Source of the DNA: Macrostomum lignano
Taxonomy: Eukaryota
Reading direction: 5' to 3'
Length of the DNA: 64,000 bases
Assembly (NCBI GenBank): GCA_002269645.1
Contig: NIVC01001204.1
Span: 62,001 to 126,000 of the forward strand
Below, piece by piece: positions 50,056 through 63,012 of the stretch (position 1 is the first letter of the stretch; each line of letters starts with the position of its first letter). Under the pieces are notes generated by a model. It did no database searches. It saw only the letters and a program-made list of their open reading frames with translations, and was not told where the DNA came from. The position numbers and the translations under genes were made by a program.

Positions 50056-50246
50056 ATGGTTCGACTCGCGAGACAGCTGAGGTTGGCTTCTGCCGGAAAC
50101 GGTCGGATCCGTCTGATGCTGGCCACCATCGCTACGTTCGCTTGCGTCACCTGGACTGTCGCTTTGATTAGCAGTGTTGGGAAGTTTGGCGTAAGCGGAC
50201 AGAATGGTCAGATTAGCCTGGAGGATTTCGACAGTATCCAGCAGAG
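50056..50246 (+). CDS. DUF229-family protein copy A, exon 1 (N-terminal membrane anchor)
   Basis: MVRLARQLRL...IRLMLATIATFACVTWTVALISSV hydrophobic segment. Donor AG|GTGAGG at 50247, phase 2. The same 191-nt exon is present in copy B. Confidence 0.8.
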
Positions 50247-50304
50247 GTGAGGGGTTGAGTCTTGAGTCAGTTGGTACTGTATTTTCTGATTGAGGTATCT
50301 AGGT

Positions 50305-50985
50305 GATTTCTTTGGTTGTTAGTTGATTGATTTGGTTGCTAGGTGATTCATTTGGTTGCTAGGTGATTCATTTGGCTGCTAAATGATTTATTTCGTTGCT
50401 AGTTGATTGGTTTGGTTGCTAGGTGATTCATTTGGTTGCTAGGTGACTGATTTGGTTGCTAGGTGATTGATTTGGTTGCTAGGTGATTGATTTCGTTGCT
50501 AGGTGATTCATTTGGTTGCTAGGTGATTCATTTGGTTGCTAGGTGATTCATTTGGTTGCTAGGTGATTCATTTGGTTGCTAGATGAATGATTTGGTTGCT
50601 AGATGATTGATTTGGTTGCTAGATTATTGATTTGGTTGCTAGATGATTGATTTCGTTGCTAGGTGATTCATTTGGTTGCTAGGTGATTCATTTGGTTGTT
50701 AAGTGATTCATTTGGTTGCTAGATGAATGATTTGGTTGCTAGATTATTGATTTGGTTGCTAGATTATTGATTTGGTTGCTAGATGATTCATTTGGTTGCT
50801 AGGTAACTTTTGTTGCTGGATGATTGATTTGGTTGCTAGGTGATTGATTTCGTTGCTAGGTGATTCATTTGGTTGCTAGGAGATTCATTTGGTTGCTAGA
50901 TAAATGATTTGGTTGCTAGATGATTGATTTGGTTGCTAGGTAACTTTTGTTGCTGGATGATTGATTTGGTTGCTAGATGATAATT
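50305..50985. repeat. Intron-1 minisatellite of DUF229-A, 20-bp unit TTGGTTGCTAGGTGATTCAT
   Basis: About 33 copies. Confidence 0.95.
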
Positions 50986-51122
50986 GAATAGACCAGGATT
51001 TTGTTGTTGAGTAGCTGGCTCGATAATTGAGTACGTTGTGTTAGCAGGTGAGTTAAAATCGAAGGCTGACTAAAATTGAACATTTCGCACTCTCCTCATC
51101 ATTGTCATCGAATATCCTTCAG

Positions 51123-51838
51123 CCTGCCCGAGCTCACTCACAAGTCGCAGCGGTGTGTTTCACCCAAATTGCCAGTCACCAACCAGCTCGTCCGAGCCAA
51201 CAGACCCCGACCGATTCCCGCCGATGTCTGTCAGCGTGGAACCTCGAAGAACTGGCTGAGAGTGTCCGAGTCCAGGGTCTACCTCAGGCCGGAGTACTCA
51301 TCGGCCAACTGCACCGCGGAGCCCGTCGTGCGGCTGGACGACCAGTCGAGCGAGTTCGGCAGCGCCAGGCCGCTCCGCAGCGGAGACGAGCTGCCCAGTC
51401 TGGGATTCCGAGCTTCCTGCCAGTCACCAGACCGCACCAGCCGCCACAGCTCCGTCTACTACGGAGTGAAGCGAGCGACGTCGTCTGCAGCCGGCAGTCG
51501 CGGGGGGTCGCCGACCGACAGCTCGGAGCTCGGCAACGTCATCATGCTGGGCCTGGACTCGCTGTCCCGACTCGAGAGCTTGCGGTCGCTGCCCCGAGCC
51601 AGCCACATCATGCAGGACCGCCTTGGCGCCATCACCCTGCAGCAGTACAACATCATGGGAGACGGCACGCCCGCCGCTCTGCTGCCCATCCTGACGGGGG
51701 TTCGGGAGGCCGACATGCCCGAGTCTCGGAAGGGCTTCGCTGGAGCTCGATTTCTGGACGACTCGCTTCGGTGGATCTTCCAGGACCTGCGGGACCGGGG
51801 CTTCCTCACTCTGTACGGAGAGGAGGGCAACTTCATGG
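51123..51838 (+). CDS. DUF229-family (alkaline phosphatase/sulfatase-like) protein copy A, exon 2
   Basis: Acceptor ccttcAG at 51121-51122. Encodes NVIMLGLDSLSR...YNIMGDGTPAALLPILTG, matching the DUF229 motifs (NV...G.DS.SR; YN..GD.T...L...LTG). Donor G|GTGAGC at 51839. Confidence 0.9.
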
Positions 51839-52297
51839 GTGAGCAATTCTGACGCTTAAAGATTACCCAGCGATCACCATTCGCAAACCGCCAAAGTACA
51901 CAATTCACGTCGATCCAGTCAGAGCTCTGTTGCTGCTCCACATTCTGTCTCCGTCTCGGATTCCCTGGCTTAGTCCTTCAGTCGATCCTCTGCACTCTGT
52001 ACAATAATGTCATTCTGTCTTTCAACTTCTCTGGACTTCAGTGGGAAGCAAAGATTTTAGGCCTCTCTGTCCAGAGGCTTTCGCAGTCAAGACGGCTTTA
52101 GCTGAGTAATTACGAGTAGTGAGTTGCCGAGACTTCTTGATTTATTCCGGTGTCCGGTTTCCAGTGTGGGACTTTTGCCTAATAACTATTAAATAAGCTG
52201 TGCTTACCACTACTTTAGCCCTGCATGATCCAGTGATTTTACTTTTTAATGCTCTGTTGCTGGTCTTGACATGGAATTTAACGTCGCAAATTTTCAG

Positions 52298-53091
52298 GCA
52301 CTTTCCAGCTGCGGTTTCACGGCTTCAGACGCCAGCCCACGGATTTCTACCTGAGACCGGCGCTGCTGCAGCAGGAGCGGCTGCAGACCAACGCCATCTG
52401 CATCGGAGACGAGATCGCCAGCGCCAGAATGCTCTCGGCCGTCAAGGATCTCTTCACCCTGTACCCGGACAGGCCCAAGTTCGCCTTCACCTTTTTCGGC
52501 TCTTTGTCGCACGAGAATCAAGACCTGTCTCCCATGGACGCTGAGCTCGTCAAGTTCCTGGATTGGTTCGAGGCCGCCAACCTCAGCAGCAACACCAGCA
52601 TCATTCTGATGTCGGACCACGGCCAGCGGCACGGACCGCTGAGGAACTCCATGCAGGGCAAGCTGGAGGAGTCGCTACCGCTCATGAGCATCGCGCTGAG
52701 CAGGCAGCTGATGAGCCGCAAGAAAGATGCGGCAGAGACGCTGAGGACCAACGCAAATAGACTCACAACGCCTGTCGACATTCACAGGACTCTGTTGAAC
52801 TTATCTGGACTCAGAGACTCTACCACGCTCGCAGCGAGTGGCGCCAGCCTCACGTCGTACTCGCTGATCGATGAGGCCGTTCCGGAGACTCGCAGCTGCT
52901 CAGATGCGGGCATTCCGACTCACTGGTGCTCGTGTCTGCGGCTGAAGAAGATTCAAGAGCCGAGCTCGAACGAGCTGGCCGTGAGAGCCGCTCGGTTCGC
53001 AGTGAACCAGATGAACTCGGCCACTGAGCCGTTCCGACACCTGTGCCATGAGCTGCAGCTGGGGAATGTCACGGAGGCCGATGTCAGCTTG
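52298..53091 (+). CDS. DUF229 copy A, exon 3
   Basis: Acceptor ttttcAG. Encodes GTFQLRFHGFRRQPTDFYLRP...MSDHGQRHG...GKLEESLP...RLTTPVDIHRTL...CSDAGIPTHWCSC. Donor TTG|GTGAGT at 53092. Confidence 0.92.
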
Positions 53092-53249
53092 GTGAGTGAC
53101 CGCTTGAGTCTTCCTAAAACATGAGGCGCTATATTGATGTCACTGATAGTGGAATGGGTCATGACGCTGAACCTGCAGATCGTGCAGGCGATGGGGTGTC
53201 ATAATGTCAACAGACTGGAATGTCAACTAGTTGCTTAAGCGTCCTTCAC

Positions 53250-53422
53250 TCTCTGACACACCTGTAGACTCTCTGACACACCTGTAGACTCTCTGACACA
53301 CCTGTAGACTCTCTGACACACCTGTAGACTCTCTGACACACATGTAGACTCTCTGACACACCTGTATACTCTCTGACACACCTGTAGACTCTCTGACACA
53401 CCTGTAGACTCTCTGACACACC
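53250..53422. repeat. Minisatellite, 20-bp unit CTCTGACACACCTGTAGACT
   Basis: About 8.5 copies in intron 3 of DUF229-A. Confidence 0.93.
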
Positions 53423-53783
53423 TTCCTTAGTAACGTCGTTTAAAATCGTTAATCGTTTAAAATTTAAAGCTTTCCTCTCTCACTCAAGCCTTTCATTCCT
53501 TTTCGTTGAAACTACTAGCGACTTAATTTCCTAATTTTTTATTATTAAATGATAATTGAACTCGAGAGACTACCAATCTTAGACTGACTTCGTGGGAAAC
53601 TGCCACTGCCTTAGAGTACCTTAAGCATCCAGAAAAATCAAGATGTGATCATAGCCTGTAATATGCAAGCCTGTAAGGTGTTTGTCGGCAATTTATAATT
53701 ACAGAAGCTGGAAATCAGGTGAGAGTAGTGCAGTTTTCCTTTTATAAAATTCACTCCAAGCTGAAGTTGTCGCCTTCTTTTAG

Positions 53784-54689
<906 letters not shown>

Positions 54690-54965
54690 TGCAGACAGGC
54701 CAAGACAAACAGGTAGATGTAGGACAGGCAGATGCAGGACAGGTAGATTCAGAGAGGCAGATGCAGACAGGCAGACGCAGACAGGCAGATGCAGACAGGT
54801 AGATTCAGACAGGTAGATGCAGACAGGCAGACGCAGACAGGTAGATGCAGACAGGTAGATGCAGACAGGTAGATGCAGACAGGTAGATGCAGACAGGCAG
54901 ACGCAGGACAGGCAGATGCAGACAGGCAGATGCAGACAGGCAGATGCAGACAGACAGACGCAGGA
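54690..54965. repeat. Degenerate 14-bp repeat GCAGACAGGTAGAT derived from the ACAG run
   Basis: About 19 irregular copies continuous with the microsatellite. Confidence 0.85.
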
Positions 54966-54999
54966 CAGGCTGCATCAGCTCCAATCTGTCGCACTGCAG

Positions 55000-55305
55000 A
55001 TCAGCGGAGACTTGGCCAAGCGCGAGCGCCACATGGGCCGGGACTTTTCATACAACATGGCCAACAGCGACCTGGTGGCCTCCGGCTACATCACGGTGCG
55101 ACTCTTCGCAAAGCCCAGCAGCGGCCTGTACGAAGCCACCGTGCAGTTCAGCTTGCAGCAGCACAGCGGGTTCTCGGGGGGTCGTCGGATTTTGAAGTTC
55201 CTCTACGTGAGCGAGCCCTCCCGCATCAATCGATACGGCCGGCAGGCTGACTGCATCGCACAGATGCAGCCTCACTTGAGAAAGTTCTGCTTCTGTGAGC
55301 CCTGA
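55000..55305 (+). CDS. DUF229 copy A, exon 4 (terminal)
   Basis: Acceptor ctgcAG at 54998-54999, phase 0. Encodes GLYEATV...SRINRYG.QA.C...LRKFCFC*, the typical DUF229 C-terminus. The four exons total 2007 nt (668 aa). Confidence 0.9.
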   Translation: MSGDLAKRERHMGRDFSYNMANSDLVASGYITVRLFAKPSSGLYEATVQFSLQQHSGFSGGRRILKFLYVSEPSRINRYGRQADCIAQMQPHLRKFCFCEP

Positions 55306-55389
55306 CTTCTCTGCGGCTGACGTTGAAGGTAACTGCTGAGTCTCTCCGATGCACCTTTGAGCTCTCTGACACTTCTAATACCTGTTAAG

Positions 55390-55560
55390 TTCTTGACACG
55401 CCTGTAGACTCTCTGACGCACCTGCAGACTCTCTGACGCACCTGCTGATTCCCTGACACGCCTGCAGACTCTCTGACACACCTGCAGACTCTCTGACACA
55501 CATGTAGACTCTCTGACACACATGTTGAGTCCCTGACACACTTGTGACACACCTGACACA
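55390..55560. repeat. Second cluster of the 20-bp CTCTGACACACCTG(T/C)AGACT minisatellite
   Basis: About 8 more diverged copies just 3' of the DUF229-A stop. Confidence 0.88.
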
Positions 55561-55633
55561 CTTCCGGTGTTAGCCAGAACTGGCGTGACTTAGCGAAACT
55601 CGCTGCAATCTGATGCAATCTCTAGGGTTATCG

Positions 55634-55639
55634 AATAAA
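55634..55639 (+). terminator. Putative polyadenylation signal of DUF229-A
   Basis: AATAAA about 330 nt after the stop. Confidence 0.4.
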
Positions 55640-56039
55640 TTAACATTTCCAATAACTGCTGTCGATTTTTATTTAGACAGACTACAGTATGTAGAAAATT
55701 AGAAAATTGTGTCGCATCATTATGTAGATATGTTAGCTGAAACTGCTGCTTATCCCATACCAGACGAATCGCTTGTCATACGAGTATCATGTTTACAATA
55801 ATTTTTTTTACAAATTAGTCCACGGAATCTAATATATTATCCGCGTATTAAATCATACTAGTACATCTTTTGTTAAGTTTCAACAAAACAAACCTTTTTT
55901 GCAATCGGTTTGAAATTTGATCTCTTTTATTTGCCATTTTGATAATAATTCAGATATTTAGTGCATGGAATTCGATGCTTTCAATGAATTTTTAGTCTAT
56001 GTACCAAAGTTCTCAACTTGACTGACAAGAGCAGAGATG

Positions 56040-57050
56040 CTGAGATGCCAAGGCTCACGGGGGAATTGCTGAGATGCCAAGTCTAACAGGGGGGAATTGC
56101 TGAGATGCCAAGTCTCACAGGGGGGAATTGCTGAGATGCCAAGTCTAACAGGGGGGAATTGCTGAGATGCCAAGTCTAACAGGGGGGAATTGCTGAGATG
56201 CCAAGTCTAACAGGGGGGAATTGCTGAGATGCCAAGTCTAACAGGGGGGAATTGCTGAGATGCCAAGTCTAACAGGGGGGAATTGCTGAGATGCCAAGTC
56301 TCACAAGGGAGAATCGCTGAGATGCCATTGCTCACGGGGAATTGCTGAGATGCCAATGCTCACGGCGGTAATTGCTGAGATGCCAATGCTCACAGGAGGG
56401 AATTTCTGAGATACCAATGCTCACGGGGAATTGCTGAGATGCTAAGTCTTACAGGGGGAATCGCTGAGATGCCAAGTCTCACAGGGGGGAATTGCTGAGA
56501 TACCAATGCTCACGGGGAATTGCTGAGATGCCAAGTCTCACAAGGGAGAATCGCTGAGATGCCAATGCTCACGGGGAATTGCTGAGATGCCAATGCTCAC
56601 GAGGGGAATTGCTGAGATGCCAAGTCTAACAGGGGGGAATTGCTGAGATGCCAAGTCTCACAGGGGGGAATTGCTGAGATGCCAATGCTCACGGGGGAAT
56701 TGCTGAGATGCCAAGTCTCACAGGGGGGAATTGCTGAGATGCCAAGTCTCACAGGGGGGGAATTGCTGAGATGCCAAGTCTCACAGGGGGGAATTGCTGA
56801 GAAGCCAATGCTCACGGGGAATTGCTGAGATGCCAAGTCTCACAGGAGGGAATTGCTGAGATAGCAATGCTCACGGGGAATTGCTGAGATGCTAAGTCTT
56901 ACAGGGGGAATCGCTGAGATGCCAAGTCTCACAGGGGGGAATTGCTGAGATAGCAATGCTCACGGGGAATTGCTGAGATACCAATGCTCACGGGGGTAAT
57001 TGCTGAGATGCCAAGTCTCACAGGGGGGAATTGCTGAGATGCCAAGTCTT
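56040..57050. repeat. Minisatellite, ~28-31-bp unit GGGGGAATTGCTGAGATGCCAAGTCTCACA
   Basis: About 34 copies with G-run length variation, lying between the two DUF229 3' ends. Confidence 0.95.
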
Positions 57051-57889
57051 ATGCCAAAAATGCCAAAAATGAATTAAGGATAGAATAAAAATCCTGGTTC
57101 AGAATTCGCCTCTCGAATTAGGTGGAATACATTGGATTGAAATAAGAATTTTCTTTAACTGAGATGCTGACTGTAATATTGGAATTAAAGTAGGAGAATT
57201 TATACCTGAAAATACTCAAATTTTGGATCTTCATGGGCCTTCAAGCAAAAGCAAAGTATAAAAAACCTAAATGTGTCGCTACCTATTTGAGAAGCAATTG
57301 AGACTCGAATTCGCAGAAACTCGATGCCGTGAAAATAATGACCGAGTGGCCTCGTGCGACTCTCTAATAGTTGCACCATCGAGAACGATGGACTGACTAT
57401 TAGTTAACACCATTTCCAGCTAAATAATTCTGTTGCTGAACAGCGTGGATCTTCATTTTGGGTGAGCCAATCAATTGACTTGCCTATACCGTTAGCAAGC
57501 ACAGGCTCCAGCTCTGTAGTTTTGCATTTTGAGCACACCGCCTTTGGACATGGAGACGGACAGGCAGATAAATGAGCACAGACACAGGCTGGGTGAGTGA
57601 GCGTCTAAGGCTACTGAACTCTGACAGATGGTCGGTCAGGGAACGAATATTTTAAGCATTCTCGCATTGGCACTGCTTGGGATCGCAAAGTGTACAAGCA
57701 ATCTTTGAACCTAACCGAAAATCTATCGTAAACCCAACCTAACCCTGGAGCCAGCAAGCCTACGCTCTCGCATGTATTTTGCACAATTTTTATCCACCTT
57801 AAAACAATTTTTGCTTCAAAACGAGCGCTAACATTAGGAATCCATTGCAGAGTTCAAGTTTTGTAAATTACCCGTCGCCTAGATGCGAC

Positions 57890-58210
57890 TCATGAAGGAC
57901 TGTCACTGACGCCAGTACGGCACAGGCAAAACTTTCGCAGGTGAGGCGCGACCTCAGTGACGCAGTGAGCCTGACTGCCGTACCGGTTGATGCGGGAGGC
58001 CTCCGAAGTGGAGGACAGCAGCAGCAGAGGATTGCCGAAACGCGATCGCTGCAGGCCGAACTGCACCGACGCCTCAAAGAGGCCTCCGTTCGGCTCTGTG
58101 ACGAGGCGGAGCGTCAGGTAGCCGGCAGCGAGCAGCGCCGAGTTCTCCGCGTTGTAGGCCACGTAGCGCCAGCTGACGTGGCGCTCACGGCGAGCCAGAT
58201 CCTCGCTTGC
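57890..58210 (-). CDS. DUF229 copy B, exon 4 (terminal)
   Basis: Acceptor ccgcAG at 58212-58211. Encodes ASEDLARRERH...GLFEASV...SRINRYGSQAHC...LRKFCLC...*. Confidence 0.88.
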   Translation of the reverse strand, partial: ASEDLARRERHVSWRYVAYNAENSALLAAGYLTLRLVTEPNGGLFEASVQFGLQRSRFGNPLLLLSSTSEASRINRYGSQAHCVTEVAPHLRKFCLCRTGVSDSPS

Positions 58211-58325
58211 CTGCGGCGTTGCAGAGGGGGGGGGGAGTAGCTCGGGGGTTGTTCGAATCTGTGCTCGTCCATTTCGGGCTGGTGCACAAAAAATATGTCT
58301 CAGGAAGACTCGAGCGGTCACTCAC

Positions 58326-59119
58326 CAAGCTGACATCGGCCTCCGTGACATTCCCCAGCTGCAGCTCATGGCACAGGTGTCGGAACGGCTCAGTGGCCGA
58401 GTTCATCTGGTTCACTGCAAACCGAGCGGCTCTCACGGCCAGCTCGTTCGAGCTCGGCTCTTGAATCTTCTTCAGCCGCAGACACGAGCACCAGTGAGTC
58501 GGAATGCCCGCATCTGAGCAGCTGCGAGTCTCCGGAACGGCCTCATCGATCAGTGAGTACGATGTGAGGCTGGCGCCACTCGCTGCGAGCGTGGTAGAGT
58601 CTCTGAGTCCAGATAAGTTCAACAGAGTCCTGTGAATGTCGACAGGCGTTGTGAGTCTATTTGCATTGGTCCTCAGCATCTCTGCCGCATCTTTCTTGCG
58701 GCTCATCAGCTGCCTGCTCAGCGCGATGCTCATGAGCGGTAGCGACTCCTCCAGCTTGCCCTGCATGGAGTTCCTCAGCGGTCCGTGCCGCTGGCCGTGG
58801 TCCGACATCAGAATGATGCTGGTGTTGCTGCTGAGGTTGGCGGCCTCGAACCAATCCAGGAACTTGACGAGCTCAGCGTCCATGGGAGACAGGTCTTGAT
58901 TCTCGTGCGACAAAGAGCCGAAGAAGGTGAAGGCGAACTTGGGCCTGTCCGGGTACAAGGTGAAGAGGTCCTTGACGGCCGAGAGCATTCTGGCGCTGGC
59001 GATCTCGTCTCCGATGCAGATGGCGTTGGTTTGCAGCCGCTCCTGCTGCAGCAGCGCCGGTCTCAGGTAGAAATCCGTGGGCTGGCGTCTGAAGCCGTGA
59101 AACCTCAGCTGGAAAGTGC
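58326..59119 (-). CDS. DUF229 copy B, exon 3
   Basis: 794 nt, same length and splice sites as copy A exon 3, near-identical protein. Confidence 0.92.
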
Positions 59120-59879
59120 CTGAAAATTCGCGATGTTAAATTCCATGTCAAGACCAGCAGCGGAGCAAGTGAAATAACTCAATCCTGACTAACTGACTAG
59201 CAACAGAATAAGGACTTCACTGCAAGGTGAAACGAGTGGTAAGCAAAGCTCAACCAATAGTTATTAGGCAAAAGTCACGCCAGAAACGAACAGTGGGTAG
59301 GTCAAGAAATGTCTCTGCAAGTCGCTAATTACTTTACTAAAGCCTCCTTAACTGCCAGAGGCCTAGAACTTCTTGCTCCCCACTGAAGTCCAGGGGAGTT
59401 CAAGGACCGAATGGCTTGTATAGAGTACAGAGGATCGACTGAAGGACTAAGCCAAGAACTTCTACTCGGAGACAGGGAGTTCTAGAGCAGCTGCAGAGTA
59501 ATTTTTTGCGGTTTGTGAGGATGGTGAACCGCTGGGTAATCTTTTAGCGCTGTAATTGCAGTGCCATTTGTCATAAGTTGGAGTTCAAAAGCAATTGCAT
59601 TGCTGAGCCTCTCTGAGCCATAAAAGTCGCAGAAGCCTGAAGACTCCAATGTGTACAGATTACTCTAGGTCCAGACGCCGCCTGTAAAAAATAACAAAGC
59701 AGATCTTCGCCTATTCTAAAAATCAATACGTTTGCCTTGTCTTTTCAGGGTACTCGTACCCTGAAATTTCACCTTAAATGCAAAGTCGCTTCCAACATTC
59801 AGACGAAACAGAAACGAAGCGATGAAGGTGCTCGATATGAGAGAGGCGGAGCTTAATACAGAGTTGTAAGCAGACATTG

Positions 59880-60830
59880 AGGTAATACTTGAGCTAATAC
59901 ATAAGCTAATACATGAGCTAATACATAAGCCAATACATGAGCTAATTCATGAGCTTATACATGAGCTTATACACGAGCTTATACATAAGCTAATACATAA
60001 GCTAATACTTGAGCTAATACTTGAGCTAATACATGAGCTTATACACGAGCTAATACATGAGCTAATACATGAGCTAATACATGAGCTAACACACGAGCTA
60101 ATACACGAGCTAATACACGAGCTAATACATGAGCTAATACATGAGCTAATACATGAGCTAACACATGAGCTAATATATGAGCTAATACATGAGCTAATAC
60201 TTGAGCTAATACATGAGCTTATACACGAGCTAATACATGAGCTAATACATGAGCTAATACATGAGCTAACACACGAGCTAATACACGAGCTAATACACGA
60301 GCTAATACATGAGCTAATACATGAGCTAATACATGAGCTAACACATGAGCTAATATATGAGCTAATACATGAGCTAATACATGAGCTAATATATGAGCTA
60401 ATACATGAGCTAACACACGAGCTAATACACGAGCTAATACACGAGCTAATACATGAGCTAATACATGAGCTAATACATGAGCTAACACATGAGCTAATAT
60501 ATGAGCTAATACATGAGCTAATACATGAGCTAATATATGAGCTAATACATGAGCTAACACACGAGCTAATACATGAGCTAATACATGAGCTAATATATGA
60601 GCTAATACATGAGCTAACACATGAGCTAATACATGAGCTAATACATGAGCTAACACATGAGCTAATATATGAGCTAATACATGAGCTAACACACGAGCTA
60701 ATACATGAGCTAATACATGAGCTAATACATAAGCTAACACACGAGCTAATACATGAGCTAATACATGAGCTAATACATGAGCTAATACTTGAGCTAATAC
60801 ATAAGCTAACACACGAGCTAATTCATAACC
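59880..60830. repeat. Minisatellite, 12-bp unit ATGAGCTAATAC (intron 2 of DUF229-B)
   Basis: About 78 copies; gives the VLAH ORF. Confidence 0.96.
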
Positions 60831-60904
60831 AACCGGGTGCTCACCTATGAGGTTGTCCTCCTCCACGTCCAGTTGGTCTACTTCATTCAGAGTAATAATA
60901 CGCG

Positions 60905-61196
60905 GTCGTAATAATAATAATTAATAACATCTGCCCTAATGGACAGATATGCAACTGACAGCTCAGCGACTACGCGGCGCATCTGAAGGCTGCGTACGGC
61001 TGTTCAGTCCAAGGAATGGGGGATCCCTCAATTACTCCCAGCTAATGCTGGCATTCATTTTGCAGCTGGGTGAACTGAAGCAATGCAGAGTTAAGTGTCT
61101 TGCTCAAGGACACAAATTGTTCCTAGTGGGTCGAGAATCGAACCCCCGATCTTCGAGTCATGAGTCCGATGCTCCAACCAATAGGCTACCACCCCC
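60905..61196 (-). mobile_element. tRNA-derived SINE with CORE/V-like central domain
   Basis: The - strand reads GGGGGTGGTAGCCTATTGGTT (A box) ... GGGTTCGATTCT (B box), then TTGTGTCCTTGAGCAAGACACTTAACTC...CAGTTCACCCAGCTGCAAAATG, resembling the CORE/V-SINE domain, and ends in an (ATT)n-like tail at about 60905-60925. Confidence 0.75.
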
Positions 61197-61811
61197 ATTC
61201 AGAAAGACAGAAATGGTGAATCAATTTGAAAGTCTGAGTATCATAGATAGAATTCACTAATAGATAGCATGCAGTTTTGCGACTAGATGCACTAGCTCCA
61301 TATATTTTGCACTTTTGTGACTGCGCGCTTATTCCAATGTGGTCCAAGGCACGTTGCAATATTTAGGTGCGAGCTTCTTTCTCTGCGCAAAACGCTACCT
61401 GAAATCTAACCTAGGGGAGCAAAATTGCAGTCAACGACTCTAGACGAAAGAACTCTAAAATTTTACAAGAAAGTCACAGGTCACTGTTCTTGACATGCAT
61501 TTAGAGTCCAATTCATTGATGCCCAGTTTTGGTGATTTGATAACGTTTAAATAATGCCAATGCCTTAAAGTATCCTTGAATAGGATGAATCGAGATACCT
61601 CAGCCAGTGAACTCTCAACGATCCCTTTAGCTTAATACCGTGCATGGACATTATTAAATAAATCGCACGGCAAAAAAATTGTCGTGGGATTCACTTCAAT
61701 GAGTACCAACCCAAAGTTCACCAAATTTGAGAACGTATCTTCTCTACTCTTTACTTTTTCAGGGCGAATGCTTCAGAACTCAAGCTGACAACTCAAAAAA
61801 CGCGCTCTCAC

Positions 61812-62527
61812 CGTATTCAGACTGCTCCTCTCCGTACAGAGTGACGAAGCCCCGGTCCCGCAGGTCCTGGAAGATCCACCGAAGCGAGTCGTCCAGAAAT
61901 CGAGCTCCAGCGAAGCCCTTCCGAGACTCGGGCATGTCGGCCTCCCGAACCCCCGTCAGGATGGGCAGCAGAGCGGCGGGAGTGCCGTCTCCCATGATGT
62001 TGTACTGCTGCAGGGTGATGGCGCCAAGGCGGTCCTGCATGATGCGGCTTGCTCGGGGCAGCGACCGCAAGCTCTCGAGTCGGGACAGCGAGTCCAGGCC
62101 CAGCATGATGACGTTGCCGAGCTCCGAGCTGTCGGTCGGCGACCCCCCGCGACTGCCGGCTGCAGACGACGTCGCTCGCTTCACTCCGTAGTAGACGGAG
62201 CTGTGGCGGCTGGCGCGGTCTGGCGACTGGCAGGAAGCTCGGAATCCCAGGCTGGGCAGCTCGTCTCCGCTGCGGAGCGGCCTGGCGCTGCCGAACTCGC
62301 TCGACTGGTCGTCCAGCCGCACGACGGGCTCCGCGGTGCAGTTGGCCGACGAGTACTCCGGCCTGAGGTAGACCTTGGACTCGGACACTCTCAGCCAGTT
62401 CTTCGAGGTTCCACGCTGACAGACATCGGCGGGAATCGGGCGGGGTCTGTTGGCTCGGACGAGCTGGTTGGTGACTGGCAATTTGGGTGAAACACACCGC
62501 TGCGACTCGTGAGTGAGCTCGGGCAGG
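61812..62527 (-). CDS. DUF229 copy B, exon 2
   Basis: 716 nt, same acceptor and phase as copy A. Contains NVIMLGLDSLSR and GDGTPAALLPILTG. Donor G|GTGAGA at 61811. Confidence 0.9.
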
Positions 62528-62821
62528 CTGAAGGTTATTCGATGACAATGATAAGGAGAGTGCGAAATGTTCAATTTTAGTCAGCCTTCGATTTTAACTC
62601 ACCTGCTAACACAACGTACTCAATTATCGAGCCAGCTACTCAACAACAAAATCCCGGTTTATTCGACCCAAGCAATCACCTTGTAACCAAAATAAGCACA
62701 TAGCAACAAGAATCAATCATCTAGCAACCAACATAATCACTTAGCAACCAATCCATTACCTAGCAACCGCAACCTCAATCAGGAAATACAGTATCATCCG
62801 ACTCAAACCTCAACCGCTCAC

Positions 62822-63012
62822 CTCTGCTTGATTCTATCGAAAACCTCCAAGCTAATCTGACCATTCTGTCTGCTATTGTCAAATTTTCTGACACTGCTGA
62901 TCAACGCGACAGTCCAGGTGACGCAAGCGAACGTAGCGATGGTGGCCAACATCAGACGGATCCGGCCGTTTCTGGGAGAAGCCAACCTCAGCTGTCTCGC
63001 TAGTGGAATCAT
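62822..63012 (-). CDS. DUF229 copy B, exon 1
   Basis: MIPLARQLRL...IRLMLATIATFACVTWTVALISSV, 191 nt as in copy A. Donor AG|GTGAGC. In-frame upstream ATGs exist (63021, 63099). Total CDS 2022 nt (673 aa). Confidence 0.8.
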
